DNA of 64,000 nucleotides from an uncultured Spirochaetota bacterium (GCA_963745235.1 CAVUXE010000029.1:32001-96000), one strand, 5' to 3'. Counted from the first letter of the stretch, positions 52,267 through 62,212 are shown. The notes: generated by a model from the sequence alone, not told the origin. Translations and numbers: made by a program.

Positions 52267-53310
52267 GCCCTCTGCCCGACGGCACGGATGATCTGCGACG
52301 CTACTCCCGGCAGGTGCTGCTGCCCAAGATAGGAACTGACGGCCAGCGCCGGCTGCAAAGCGCCAGGGTGCTCGTGCTCGGGGTGGGAGCCCTCGGGACG
52401 GCGCTTGCCTCTTTCATGGTGAGAGCGGGCTGCGGCACCGTGCGCCTTGCAGACCGTGACTTCATAGAGCTCGACAATCTTCAACGCCAGACCCTCTTCG
52501 ACGAGTCGGACATTGCCGCGGGCCTGCCCAAGGCGGTGGCGGCAGCTGAGAAGCTGCGCCGCACGAACTCGGCCGTCACCGTGGAACCGGTGGTTGCCGA
52601 TGTCACGGCGGCCAACATCCTGGAGCTCGTGGAGGGGTGCGACCTTGTCCTGGACGGCGCTGACAACGTCGAGACGCGCCTGCTCCTGAACGACGCCTCC
52701 CTGAAGCTGCGCGTGCCGTGGGTCTACGGCGCGGCCATCGGGATGACGGGGGCAACGATGCCCTTCATCCCCGGGCGGGGACCCTGTTTCCGCTGCATCG
52801 TTCCCAATCAGCCGGCGCCCGGCGCTCTGCCGACGTGCGAGACGGCGGGGATCCTCGGCACGGCGCCGGCGGATCGTTGCCGCGCTGCAGGCAACCGAGG
52901 CCATCAAGATCCTGTGCGGCGCGCTGGAAGACGTTGTGGCGCAGATGCGATACGTGGACGTGTGGGCCGGCACCGTGGAGGCGATCGACATTCGCAAGGG
53001 AAGCGAGCCGTGCCCGGCGTGCGACCTCTCCCGGTTCGATTTTCTCCAGGGGACCCGCGGCGGCGGCAGCGCAAAGATGTGCGGCCGTACTGCGGTCCAG
53101 CTCGATCCCGGCGTGTCGGCAGGCCCGGACTTCCATGCCCTGTCGGAGAGGCTGGCCCCGCTTGGGGACGTCAGCTTCAATGCGTACATGCTCAGGTTCC
53201 GCACCGGGGAGAAGGAGATCGTCGTGTTCCCGGATGGGCGAGCCATCGTCAAGGGAACGGCGGACGAAGCCGCGGCTCGCGCCTTCTACGCCCGGTTCGT
53301 TGGCGCATAG
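52263..53310 (+). CDS. ThiF/MoeB-family adenylyltransferase (frameshift near 52875)
   Basis: RYSRQ, GVGALG, DRDFIELDNLQRQ, CFRC, TCETAGILG and CPAC, with C-terminal MCGRTAVQ..FPDGRAIV. Confidence 0.88.
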
Positions 53311-53319
53311 GCGGACGGG

Positions 53320-54579
53320 GTGGACGCGGCGGCCATCCGGGCGGATTTTCCCGCCCTGTCATCAGGCCTTATCTACCTGGACAACGCGGCAACCACGCAG
53401 CGCCCCCGGCAGATCCTGGATACGATTACCACCTTTTATTCCCGTTTCAATGCGAACATCCACCGCTCGCCCCACGCACTCGGGCAGACGGCGACGCGGA
53501 TGTACGAGCAGGCGCACGCAGGCGTGGCGAGGTTCGTTGGCGCGCGAAGCGCGCGGGAAATCGTCTTCCTGCGGAACACCACAGAGGCGCTGAACCTCGT
53601 CGCAGTCTCCCTGTGCCGCGGCGAAAGCGGGGCGCTTTCGTTTCGACGTGGTGACGAGGTCGTCATCACGATCATGGAGCACCACTCGAATTTCGTGCCA
53701 TGGCAGGCGCTGTGCCGGGAGGCTGGCCTGCGCCTGCGGATCATCGGCCTGGGGGCGGACGGAGGACTGGACCTCGACGAGCTTTCTTCCTCCCTGGGAC
53801 AACGCACGCGGCTTGTGTGCTGCACCCATGTCTCGAATGTCCTGGGCACGATCAACCCGGTTGCGGAGATTGCAGGGATGGCGCACGAGGCGGGCGCCCT
53901 GCTTCTGGTGGACGCCGCCCAATCTGTCCCGTGCATGCCGGTGGACGTCGGGTCACTGGGCTGCGACTTTCTCGCCTTTTCGGGGCACAAGATGCTGGCG
54001 CCGTTCGGGTCCGGCGTGCTGTATGGAAAGGAATCGCTTCTCCGGCAGATGTCTCCGTTTCTCTTCGGCGGTGACATGATAGAAACCGTGACCGAAAGCG
54101 GCTCCACGTGGAACTCGCTCCCCTGGAAGTTCGAGGCCGGGACTCCTGACGTGGCGGCGGGGATTGCCCTCGGCGGGGCCACCGACGGGCAAAGCGGACA
54201 GCGCTTGATCGGCGCGGTCGACTACCTGGGCGCCCTGGGCATGGATGCGGTAAGGGCCCATGAGGCCGGGCTCCTGGACAGGCTTGTGAAGGGCCTGGGC
54301 GACATTCCCCGTATCCAGGTGACCGGCCCTGCAGATTGCGCCAGGCGGGCCGCGGCCGTGTCGTTCAGCGTCGACGGCGCCGACCCCTTCGTGGTCGCCC
54401 ATCTCCTGGACGCAGAGGGGATTTGCGTGCGCGCGGGAGGCCACTGCGCCTACCCCCTGGCTGCCCGGCTCGGCGTTGAAGGCACCGTGCGGGCCAGCCC
54501 CTATGTCTACAACACGGCGGGCGATATCGAGAGATTTCTCGAAATCGTCAGGGACATCGTCTGCAACAGGCTTCTTTGA
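53320..54579 (+). CDS. sufS: Class II (SufS-type) cysteine desulfurase
   Basis: YLDNAATTQ, MEHHSN, FSGHKM, FEAGTP and VRAGGHCAYPL. Confidence 0.88.
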   Translation: MDAAAIRADFPALSSGLIYLDNAATTQRPRQILDTITTFYSRFNANIHRSPHALGQTATRMYEQAHAGVARFVGARSAREIVFLRNTTEALNLVAVSLCRGESGALSFRRGDEVVITIMEHHSNFVPWQALCREAGLRLRIIGLGADGGLDLDELSSSLGQRTRLVCCTHVSNVLGTINPVAEIAGMAHEAGALLLVDAAQSVPCMPVDVGSLGCDFLAFSGHKMLAPFGSGVLYGKESLLRQMSPFLFGGDMIETVTESGSTWNSLPWKFEAGTPDVAAGIALGGATDGQSGQRLIGAVDYLGALGMDAVRAHEAGLLDRLVKGLGDIPRIQVTGPADCARRAAAVSFSVDGADPFVVAHLLDAEGICVRAGGHCAYPLAARLGVEGTVRASPYVYNTAGDIERFLEIVRDIVCNRLL

Positions 54580-54668
54580 CCCTGCGATTGCTGCGCACCC
54601 CGTTTGCCTTCATGACCATGGACAGCCTTCCCCGGCGCCGCTACACTCCCAGGAAAAGGAGCACCCGC

Positions 54669-55919
54669 ATGGCCGATAAACGGCTCCCGTTCACACGGGA
54701 CAAAATCGAGGAAATTGCCAAAACGTATCCCACGCCCTTTCATATCTATGACGAGAAAGCGATTCGGGAGAACGCCCGCGCGCTCAAGCAGGCATTCTCC
54801 TGGGCAGAGGGCTTTCGGGAGTTCTTTGCAGTCAAGGCTCTGCCCAACCCGCACATCATTTCCATCCTCAAAGAGGAGGGACTTGGAGCGGATTGCAGCT
54901 CGCTGGCCGAGCTGATCCTCTCCGACCGGGTCGGGCTCAAAGGCGAAATGATCATGTTCACCTCCAACGACACGCCCGCCGCCGAGTACGTGGAGGCAAA
55001 GCGTCTCGGCGCCATCATCAACCTGGATGACCTCAGCCATATCTCCTTTCTGAAACAGCACGCGGGGATGCCGCAGCTGATCTGCCTGCGCTACAACCCG
55101 GGGCCGCTGAAGGGCGGGAACGCCATCATCGGCACCCCTGAACAGGCCAAGTTCGGCTTCACTCGGCAGCAGCTTTTCGAAGGGTATCGAAAGGCGCGCG
55201 AGCTGGGCGCTTCCCGGTTCGGCCTTCACGCCATGATTGCATCCAACGAGCTGAGCCTCGAGTACCACTGGGATACCGCGCATATGCTCTTTGACCTCAT
55301 GGCCGAGCTTTCCAAAGATCTGGGGATCAGGTTCGAGTTCGTCAACCTGGGTGGAGGATTCGGCATTCCATACAAGCCGGACCAGACCGCCATCGACTGG
55401 CAGGCTCTGTCCCGGGGGATCCGTGAGGCCTACGACGCCAACGTGAAGGCGCGGGGCCTGCACCCCCTGAAAATCTTCATGGAGAGCGGCAGGGCCATCA
55501 CCGGGCCGTTCGGCTGGCTGGTGAGCCGGGTCCTCCACCTCAAGCACACCTACAAGGATTACGTCGGCCTGGATGCGTGCATGGCCAATCTTGCCCGCCC
55601 CGCGCTGTACGGCGCATATCACCACATCACCGTGCTGGGCAGGGAGAAGCAGGCGCCCAGCCGCGTGTACGATGTCACCGGGTCGCTGTGCGAGAACAAC
55701 GACAAGTTCGCCATCGACAGGTCGCTCCCTCCCGTGGAGGAAGGAGACCTCGTTGTGATCCACGACACCGGCGCCCACGGCTGGTCCATGGGGTCCAATT
55801 ACAACGGAAAGCTGCGCTCCGCGGAGCTGCTCCTTCGACCCGACGGCTCGGTCAGGCAGATCCGCCGCGCCGAGAGGGTGGAGGACTACTTCGCCACGCT
55901 GGAGTTCCCACGCGGGTGA
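54669..55919 (+). CDS. lysA: Diaminopimelate decarboxylase
   Basis: TPFHIYDE, FAVKA, KFG, NLGGGFG, ESGR, GSLCENND and GAHG.SMG.NYN. Confidence 0.92.
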   Translation: MADKRLPFTRDKIEEIAKTYPTPFHIYDEKAIRENARALKQAFSWAEGFREFFAVKALPNPHIISILKEEGLGADCSSLAELILSDRVGLKGEMIMFTSNDTPAAEYVEAKRLGAIINLDDLSHISFLKQHAGMPQLICLRYNPGPLKGGNAIIGTPEQAKFGFTRQQLFEGYRKARELGASRFGLHAMIASNELSLEYHWDTAHMLFDLMAELSKDLGIRFEFVNLGGGFGIPYKPDQTAIDWQALSRGIREAYDANVKARGLHPLKIFMESGRAITGPFGWLVSRVLHLKHTYKDYVGLDACMANLARPALYGAYHHITVLGREKQAPSRVYDVTGSLCENNDKFAIDRSLPPVEEGDLVVIHDTGAHGWSMGSNYNGKLRSAELLLRPDGSVRQIRRAERVEDYFATLEFPRG

Positions 55920-56650
55920 GCGCGCGGGGCATCCTGATCCCGCTCGGGGCCGCGTGCGCGGTAGCGGGAGGGCTGCTGCTGTGGGCCACCACCACCAGGA
56001 GCCCGATGCCTGAGGCTCTGGCTGCCCTGCGCGGCACCTCTGACGTCAGGGTGACCGTGGAAAGGGGCGGAGTGTTCGAGCCCGTCTCGGTGCACCCGAA
56101 AGTCGGGCTGGTGATCTATCCGGCAAGCCGCGTGGACTGGCGGGCCTATGCCCCTGTTGCCGCCGCCATTGCCCGCGCGGGCTTCCTGGTGGTTGTGGTC
56201 GCGATGCCGCTCAACCTGGCGTCCCTGGACGTGGCCCGGGCGCAGTCCGTGATGAAGAAGTTCACCCGCATCCGCGCCTGGGCCATTGCCGGGCACGGGG
56301 AGGGCGGAGCCATGGCCGCTCGATTCGCCGCGCGTCACCCGCTTGCCGTCCGGGGCCTCATCCTCTGGGGCGCGCGTCCGGGGGCCGGAGACAACCTTGC
56401 CTCCTCCCGGATCAGCGCCATGTCCATATCAGCGGAGCGAGACGGCCTGGTGCCGCAGCTTGTGGTCAGAGAATCCGCCTGGCTCCTTCCGGCAACGACG
56501 CGCTGGGTGACCATTGTCGGAGGAAACCATTCGCAGTTCGGCTGGTACGGTGACCAGGCGAGGGACGGGAAGGCGCTGATCTCGCGCGCCGAGCAGCAGG
56601 CCAGGGTTGTCCGAGCAACGGTGGACATGCTTCGTTCAATAGCGATGTGA
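55916..56650 (+). CDS. Alpha/beta-hydrolase-fold protein (Abhydrolase_5-like) lacking the catalytic Ser
   Basis: N-terminal TM segment, MPLNLA, GHGEGG (usually GHSxGG), RDGL and GGNHSQFGWYG.Q..D. Confidence 0.8.
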   Translation: MSARGILIPLGAACAVAGGLLLWATTTRSPMPEALAALRGTSDVRVTVERGGVFEPVSVHPKVGLVIYPASRVDWRAYAPVAAAIARAGFLVVVVAMPLNLASLDVARAQSVMKKFTRIRAWAIAGHGEGGAMAARFAARHPLAVRGLILWGARPGAGDNLASSRISAMSISAERDGLVPQLVVRESAWLLPATTRWVTIVGGNHSQFGWYGDQARDGKALISRAEQQARVVRATVDMLRSIAM

Positions 56651-56695
56651 CGCGGCCGCTGCGCGGCGCGGCCGCCGCAGCGCGCCGGGCTGCCT

Positions 56696-57223
56696 TCAGT
56701 TTCCCTTCGTCTCGAAGTGAGTCTTTTGGATCTTCGAGAGCTCGTCAGGATTCGCCGGGCGGATTTCGTTGGTCACCGTGATAAGGAGGCCGTCCTGCGT
56801 CCAGCTCTGGGTTCCCAGCCGGGGCGTCACCGCGCCTGCGCTTCTGACCTCGCCGAGCTTATACAGTCCATCGTATCCCAGATAGAGCTCGAAATAGCTG
56901 TCCTTCCCGTCGCTCAGGAGGGACCCCTTGTTTGCGGTCACGGTGTAGGTGGAGTAATAGTAGCCCGATGCCGGGTAGTAGTTACCAGCGTAGTACACAT
57001 AGTACTGGACTTCATAGGTTCCTTCGCTGACTTTGTAATAAACGCCCGGAGAGATGTTGCTGGGAAAGCCGCCCACAAAGCCATGGGGTGTAGCGTCCGC
57101 GCCCACGGCTCCGTAGATGCTTCCGTTCTTGCCGCAGCTGACCGCAAGCAGCGCAGCTCCCAAAACAAGCACCGCGATTCCAGCCCTGATAAGTGTCGGG
57201 AACGTTCTCTTAGAGAAGCTCAT
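56696..57223 (-). CDS. Hypothetical lipoprotein
   Basis: GGAGGA RBS, lipobox LAVSC and a Tyr/Gly-rich beta-type sequence. Confidence 0.7.
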   Translation of the reverse strand: MSFSKRTFPTLIRAGIAVLVLGAALLAVSCGKNGSIYGAVGADATPHGFVGGFPSNISPGVYYKVSEGTYEVQYYVYYAGNYYPASGYYYSTYTVTANKGSLLSDGKDSYFELYLGYDGLYKLGEVRSAGAVTPRLGTQSWTQDGLLITVTNEIRPANPDELSKIQKTHFETKGN

Positions 57224-57336
57224 GACTTCAATCCTCCATCGACAATTTTCATCCAACAGGATTTATGCCGGATCATAGGTCGGGCAAACTGAATGGTCAA
57301 CATGCTCGGGGGCCAAAGGGGCCAAACGCCCACGCG

Positions 57337-58344
57337 CTAGAACATGAGCCCGAGCCTGATGCCCACCTCGAATTGAGCACTTGTGATGACATGCCCGACG
57401 CCGGTGATGAGAGTGCCTTGCGGAGCTCCATTTGCAGCGTCCGCGTTGCCGTACCAGTACTGCGTCTGCGTCGTGGAGACAACGTAATAGATGACCTCTC
57501 CCTCCAAGGCAAGGTAGGGTGTGATCCCCGAGGAACGGGGCAGCACATAAGTCGCCCGCATGTCACCGTAGAAGCCAGCGCCCCAGCCGGAAGCCGTTGA
57601 CAGCTTGGTCCGCAGCTTGTGATCGTCGCTGTCGGAGGCGTAGACCGGAGTGAAGGCGGCCCGAAGCTCAGCGGAGAGGCCGGGAAGGGGCTGGACCTCA
57701 CCCATGAGCCCGACACCGATGGTATGGGTGGAAAGCGTGTACTCCAGCACATCTGGCGTCGTGCTTGTGATCACCATGGGCACATATCCATCAGAGGTCG
57801 CGTCGGGCGCATAGTGCCATCCCGTGTAGCCGTCCTCGACATGGCTCACGTCCTGGTATCGATACGTGCCGTAGAGAGCGAGCGACCACGGTTTGGCGAA
57901 AGCGAAGGTCCATGCCGCCTCAAGCGATGCATGCCAGCTCACCGTTGAGTCCGGGGAATACGTGTAGCTGAAGGGGACCTTCGGATAGGACAGGTATTGC
58001 GTCCAGTCGTAGTCGTTCATCGAGCCCGAGAACGCCACCGTGGAGTGCGCAATGGAAGCTTCCACCAGCCATTCCCGCTTTTCTCCCTGAGAGACAGAAA
58101 AGCCCGCCACCAGGCCTGCCTCCAGCGCGAATTGGGGGAACTCGAGGCGGCTCAGGCCCGTGTAACCGCCGCCCTGGTAGAAGGAAAGATCGTACGCAAC
58201 GCCGCCGAGACCCTTTTGGAGAATCGGCTCGACGAAAAAGCTCACACTGCTGGAGCCCTCACCCGCCGGCGGAGCAGCCCACGCGGGAGCAGCGAAAACA
58301 ACGATGAAGACAGCGAAGACCGGCGCCACAGATTTCCATCCCAC
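57337..58344 (-). CDS. Omptin-family outer membrane protease (second paralog)
   Basis: Signal peptide, SRLEFP, MNDYDW (DxD), DDHKLR (DxH) and C-terminal Phe. Confidence 0.78.
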   Translation of the reverse strand: MGWKSVAPVFAVFIVVFAAPAWAAPPAGEGSSSVSFFVEPILQKGLGGVAYDLSFYQGGGYTGLSRLEFPQFALEAGLVAGFSVSQGEKREWLVEASIAHSTVAFSGSMNDYDWTQYLSYPKVPFSYTYSPDSTVSWHASLEAAWTFAFAKPWSLALYGTYRYQDVSHVEDGYTGWHYAPDATSDGYVPMVITSTTPDVLEYTLSTHTIGVGLMGEVQPLPGLSAELRAAFTPVYASDSDDHKLRTKLSTASGWGAGFYGDMRATYVLPRSSGITPYLALEGEVIYYVVSTTQTQYWYGNADAANGAPQGTLITGVGHVITSAQFEVGIRLGLMF

Positions 58345-58408
58345 TTTTTTCCTCCGGGAGCGACCAACTTTCTTGACTGAACCAATTCGAGAAGCGCGGG
58401 CGTTCTGC

Positions 58409-59455
58409 TTACAGCCCCGCGGAAATCATGTCTCCTATCTGGCTGGTGGAAAAGCCCATTTTCCCGGCCGCCATGCTCTTCATCTTCCCGATCACGGCCA
58501 TGGCGGATTTCTCAACCGCGGCCGCGGCCTGTGGCTGGCCGATCTGCTCCAGCATCATGGCTCCGGCCAGGATGGTAGCCACGGGGTTGATGACGTTCTG
58601 ACCTGTGTACTTGGGAGCAGAGCCCCCGATGGGCTCGAACATAGATACTCCCTGCGGGTTGAGGTTCCCCCCCGCCGCGACGCCCATTCCACCCTGGATG
58701 ATGGCGCCGAGGTCCGTAATGATGTCCCCGAACATGTTCTCCGTGACGATGACATCGAACCATTCGGGGTTCTTCACCATCCACATGGTCGTTGCATCGA
58801 TGTGGGCGTAGTCAGGGGTGATGTCCGGGTATTCCTTGGCCACCTCCATGAAGGTGCGATACCACAGGTCCTGCACGTAGATGAGCACGTTCGTCTTGCC
58901 CGCCATTGTCAGCTTCTTCTTGCCCCCTCGACGGCGCGCAAGGTCAAAGGCGAAACGGATGCAGCGTTCAACGCTCTTGCGGGTGTAGATCATTTCCTGG
59001 ACGGCAACCTCGTCCGGGGTCCCCTTCTTGAGGAAACCGCCCGAGCCGATATAGAGGCCCTCCACGTTTTCCCGCACGATCACGAAATCGATGTCCGCCG
59101 GGCCCTTGTTGGCCAGGGGCGTCTCCACGTTGGGGTAGAGCTTCACGGGACGGAGGTTGATGTACTGGTCCAGCTCGAAGCGCAGGCGAAGGAGTATCCC
59201 GGTCTCCAGGATCCCCGGCTTCACATCCGGGTGCCCGATTGCCCCCAGGTAGATCGCATCGAAGCCCCGCAACGTGCTGACTGCGTCGTCGGGGAGAGTG
59301 ACGCCGGTCTTGAGGTACCGATCTCCTCCCCAGTCGAACTGCGTGAAGGTGAGGGGGAACGAGAAAGCCTTCGCCGCTTTCGTAAGGACCTTGATTCCTT
59401 CCCTGATTACCTCTGGGCCTGTCCCGTCGCCGGGGATGACAGCGATCCTGCTCAT
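58409..59455 (-). CDS. leuB: 3-isopropylmalate dehydrogenase (isocitrate/isopropylmalate dehydrogenase family)
   Basis: [43 protein letters not shown] and FEPIGGSAP. Specificity is uncertain. Confidence 0.8.
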   Translation of the reverse strand: MSRIAVIPGDGTGPEVIREGIKVLTKAAKAFSFPLTFTQFDWGGDRYLKTGVTLPDDAVSTLRGFDAIYLGAIGHPDVKPGILETGILLRLRFELDQYINLRPVKLYPNVETPLANKGPADIDFVIVRENVEGLYIGSGGFLKKGTPDEVAVQEMIYTRKSVERCIRFAFDLARRRGGKKKLTMAGKTNVLIYVQDLWYRTFMEVAKEYPDITPDYAHIDATTMWMVKNPEWFDVIVTENMFGDIITDLGAIIQGGMGVAAGGNLNPQGVSMFEPIGGSAPKYTGQNVINPVATILAGAMMLEQIGQPQAAAAVEKSAMAVIGKMKSMAAGKMGFSTSQIGDMISAGL

Positions 59456-59461
59456 GTGCGG

Positions 59462-59490
59462 ACAGTAGCGGCGCCGCACCGCCGTGTCAA
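59462..59490 (-). promoter_or_regulatory. Sigma-70 promoter, probably giving a leaderless leuB mRNA
   Basis: TTGACA-17 bp-TACTGT-6 nt-ATG, with no SD. Confidence 0.65.
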
Positions 59491-59547
59491 CCGCGCTCGA
59501 CGGCGCGCTCGACGGAAAGCACCCGGGCCGAAGGGGCGACCCCCTTG

Positions 59548-60756
59548 CTACATCCCCAGCAGCTTGCGGGTTGCCAGCTGGTCGAGCCGGGCAATCGAAA
59601 GGGGCGTGCCGTTGACCTTGTCGTAGTCAACCGCCACCTTGAGGATCTCCGCGGAGTCACCCTGCTGCAGCGTCTTTGCGATCCCGGGCTCCTTTTCCCA
59701 GAGGGCCGTCATCATCTTCGTCAGGTCGGGATCCGCCCCAAGGTCATGAGCCTTCTTCTCTGCAAGCCGGTAGTTCTCGACGTTCTGACGGATGAAATCC
59801 ATTCGGATCCGGGTGCTGTTCTCTTTGCCCGGCGCGGTGTCGGTGCGAAGGATGTGGTTGTCGAACTCCGCGTGCCCCTGCCAGCCCATGCGGTCCAGCA
59901 GCCACAGCGTGGCCACCATCTCCTTGATGCCGTCCATTCCGACCAGCATGGGCAGGTCATTATCGAACTGTCCCGGTTTCTGGTTGCCCACGTGGAGGAA
60001 GAAGAGCTTCTGCGCCTGGACTGCCATGGCAACCGCAACCTCCGCGGAAAGGCCGGTCATCCCCTCGTGCTGAAGGACCTCGGGGTTCACGCCCCAGAAG
60101 CCGGGATCATTCAGCATGGCGATCAGGCCAAGGGCGTGGCCGGTGGTCGGCACGTACATCTCTCCGCGCGGCTCGTTGGGCTTGGGCTCGATAGTCCCGT
60201 GGCGAAGAGTGCCGTTCTGCTCCTTGGCGTAGCGCTCGGCGAGGTTGAGCCCCTCCATGAGGTAGCGGTAGGTCCTCTCCCAGGGCACGGAGAACTGGCA
60301 TTCGAACCCGTCGCGGGCAACCCAGTACGTGAAGTACTCCGCGCCCAGGAAGTTCCCGATGCGGATGGTCCGCATCACCTTGCGGGCGGCCAGGAGCCTG
60401 ATCTCGGGATTCGGGTTGGTCAGACCGCCATTCCTGAACAGCGGATTGCCATGGAGGCTGCAGGTGGCCATGGCGAACTTCAGCTCGGCCGCCTCCAGCT
60501 TCTCCTTGATGGTCCGGAGTGTCTTCGATGCGCCGCTGGAAGGATCTAGGTCGTCTTCCGGGCGTTTCGGGTCCCACGGGACCAGGTCGTCATCATGGGC
60601 GGAGGTGAAATCGATGAGCTTCTCTTCCTTCGCCTTGCAGAGAAGGTCGCAGACCTCAACGGATGGGATCCGGTCCATGACGGCAGGCCCGAACGGATCA
60701 CCGACCGGATTGGAAACGCACCAGAAGGGCATGGAGAGCTTTCTGTTCTTCGTCAT
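59548..60756 (-). CDS. Class I xylose isomerase-like sugar isomerase (divergent)
   Basis: DPFG, AHDDDL, FRNGGLT, IEPKPNEPRG, NPE..HE, FDND and EFD. Confidence 0.8.
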   Translation of the reverse strand: MTKNRKLSMPFWCVSNPVGDPFGPAVMDRIPSVEVCDLLCKAKEEKLIDFTSAHDDDLVPWDPKRPEDDLDPSSGASKTLRTIKEKLEAAELKFAMATCSLHGNPLFRNGGLTNPNPEIRLLAARKVMRTIRIGNFLGAEYFTYWVARDGFECQFSVPWERTYRYLMEGLNLAERYAKEQNGTLRHGTIEPKPNEPRGEMYVPTTGHALGLIAMLNDPGFWGVNPEVLQHEGMTGLSAEVAVAMAVQAQKLFFLHVGNQKPGQFDNDLPMLVGMDGIKEMVATLWLLDRMGWQGHAEFDNHILRTDTAPGKENSTRIRMDFIRQNVENYRLAEKKAHDLGADPDLTKMMTALWEKEPGIAKTLQQGDSAEILKVAVDYDKVNGTPLSIARLDQLATRKLLGM

Positions 60757-61133
60757 TGGTTTTCTCCTTCTCTGATGAGTGGCTCGCAGGTCTCACAGGT
60801 GTTCGAGTCGTCGAACATGATGCGGGAGGCCGTGAGGGGAAGGCCGCAGCGGGCGCAGCGCGCATGGAAAGGGAAGATGGCGGCCCGCTGCCAGACCAGC
60901 ACGGCAAGCGTGAAGAATCCGATCGGAACGAGGTACAGGTTGTCCAGGGAGAACTTGGCAAGCAGCCAGACAAGGGCCCAGGCTGCAAGCAGGACGAGAG
61001 TCAGGTAGAGCGTCGCGTTCCTCTTGCGGATGCCTTTGTCCATGGATCTGCGCTGCGCGAGATGGAAGACCCATACGGCGGCGATGGGAACAAGCATGTA
61101 TCGTGCAATGGCGGCTGATAGACTGGTTGTCAC
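60753..61133 (-). CDS. Small membrane protein with C-terminal CxxC..CxxC
   Basis: Three hydrophobic segments then CARC..CETC. Its stop overlaps the isomerase start. Confidence 0.65.
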   Translation of the reverse strand: MTTSLSAAIARYMLVPIAAVWVFHLAQRRSMDKGIRKRNATLYLTLVLLAAWALVWLLAKFSLDNLYLVPIGFFTLAVLVWQRAAIFPFHARCARCGLPLTASRIMFDDSNTCETCEPLIREGENQ

Positions 61134-61201
61134 TGGGGCTCCGTAGACTGCCCAGTCTACCGGGATGGAATGCCGCGGTCAATAAGCGGTATCCTCGCCG
61201 C

Positions 61202-62212
61202 GTGGAGATAACCGTGAACGGCGGCGCCCGGAAAGCCCACGCGGAGAGCGGCCGTCCCCTCCTGTTCGGGCTCATGTCTTCCGGGATCTACATCCCATCA
61301 GCGTGCGGGGGGCGCGGGTCCTGCGGTCAATGCAAGGTCCGAATCACGAGCAGCCCGCCGGCCCACAACGACGCGGAGCGATTGCTTATCACGGAAAGCG
61401 ACCGCCAGAACGGCGTCCATCTCTCCTGCCAGGTCAGGGTTTCCGACAACATCTCCCTGGAGATACCGCCCCGGCACTTCGCCGCGCGCCAGTACCGGTC
61501 TCGGGTCGCGGGGCTTCGTGATCTCACCTGGGAAACAAAGGAGGTGACCCTGGACGTGGAGGGAGAGCTTTCCTTTGTCGCCGGCCAGTACGTGCAGCTC
61601 TTCCTGCCCGGCACGGAGTCCGCCGCGGAGCCCCTGTACCGCGCCTATTCGATGTCCTCTCCGCCCTCCTCGCTCCGTCGCGTGACCTTGGTCGTTCGAC
61701 GTGAGCCAGGAGGAGTGGTCTCACCGTACATCTGCGATACCTTGCGGGACGGGGAGGAGCTGGCCATCCGCGGCCCGTTCGGCGATTTTCGATTGCACGA
61801 CAGCCGTCGGGAGATCCTGTTCGTTGCGGGCGGCTCCGGAGTGGCCCCCATCAGGAGCATGCTGTTGTCAATGGCCGAAAAGGCAGGCACGACTCCCGGA
61901 GTGCGCCGCAGGACGACACTCTACTTCTCCGCGCGCTCCCGCCGGGATCTCTTCCTCATGGATGAGCTTGCAGGCCTGGAGCACAGTCTGCCGGACTTCC
62001 GCTTCATTCCGGCGCTCTCCAATCCCGCGCCCGGCGACCAGTGGGATGGCGAGACGGGCGGAATCACAGCCGTTCTCAATCGGAAACTGACCAGGCTGGA
62101 CAACCACCAGGCATACCTGTGCGGGAGCGCCGGGATGATCGATGCATCGGTCAAGGTGCTGCGCGCCAAGGGCCTTGCGGATGAGCATATTTTCTTCGAC
62201 AAATTCCTGTGA
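61202..62212 (+). CDS. NqrF-like 2Fe-2S/FAD/NAD(P) oxidoreductase (start uncertain)
   Basis: SACGGRGSCGQC..LSCQ, RAYSMSS, GPFG, AGGSGVAPI, YLCG..M and IFFDKF. No N-terminal TM helix. Confidence 0.88.
   Translation: MEITVNGGARKAHAESGRPLLFGLMSSGIYIPSACGGRGSCGQCKVRITSSPPAHNDAERLLITESDRQNGVHLSCQVRVSDNISLEIPPRHFAARQYRSRVAGLRDLTWETKEVTLDVEGELSFVAGQYVQLFLPGTESAAEPLYRAYSMSSPPSSLRRVTLVVRREPGGVVSPYICDTLRDGEELAIRGPFGDFRLHDSRREILFVAGGSGVAPIRSMLLSMAEKAGTTPGVRRRTTLYFSARSRRDLFLMDELAGLEHSLPDFRFIPALSNPAPGDQWDGETGGITAVLNRKLTRLDNHQAYLCGSAGMIDASVKVLRAKGLADEHIFFDKFL

Noticed and set aside
59494-59516. Short direct repeat CGCGCTCGACGG x2, and GC-rich hairpin-like sequence at 56651-56695
   Set aside because: Too short and GC-rich to distinguish from chance or ordinary terminators.
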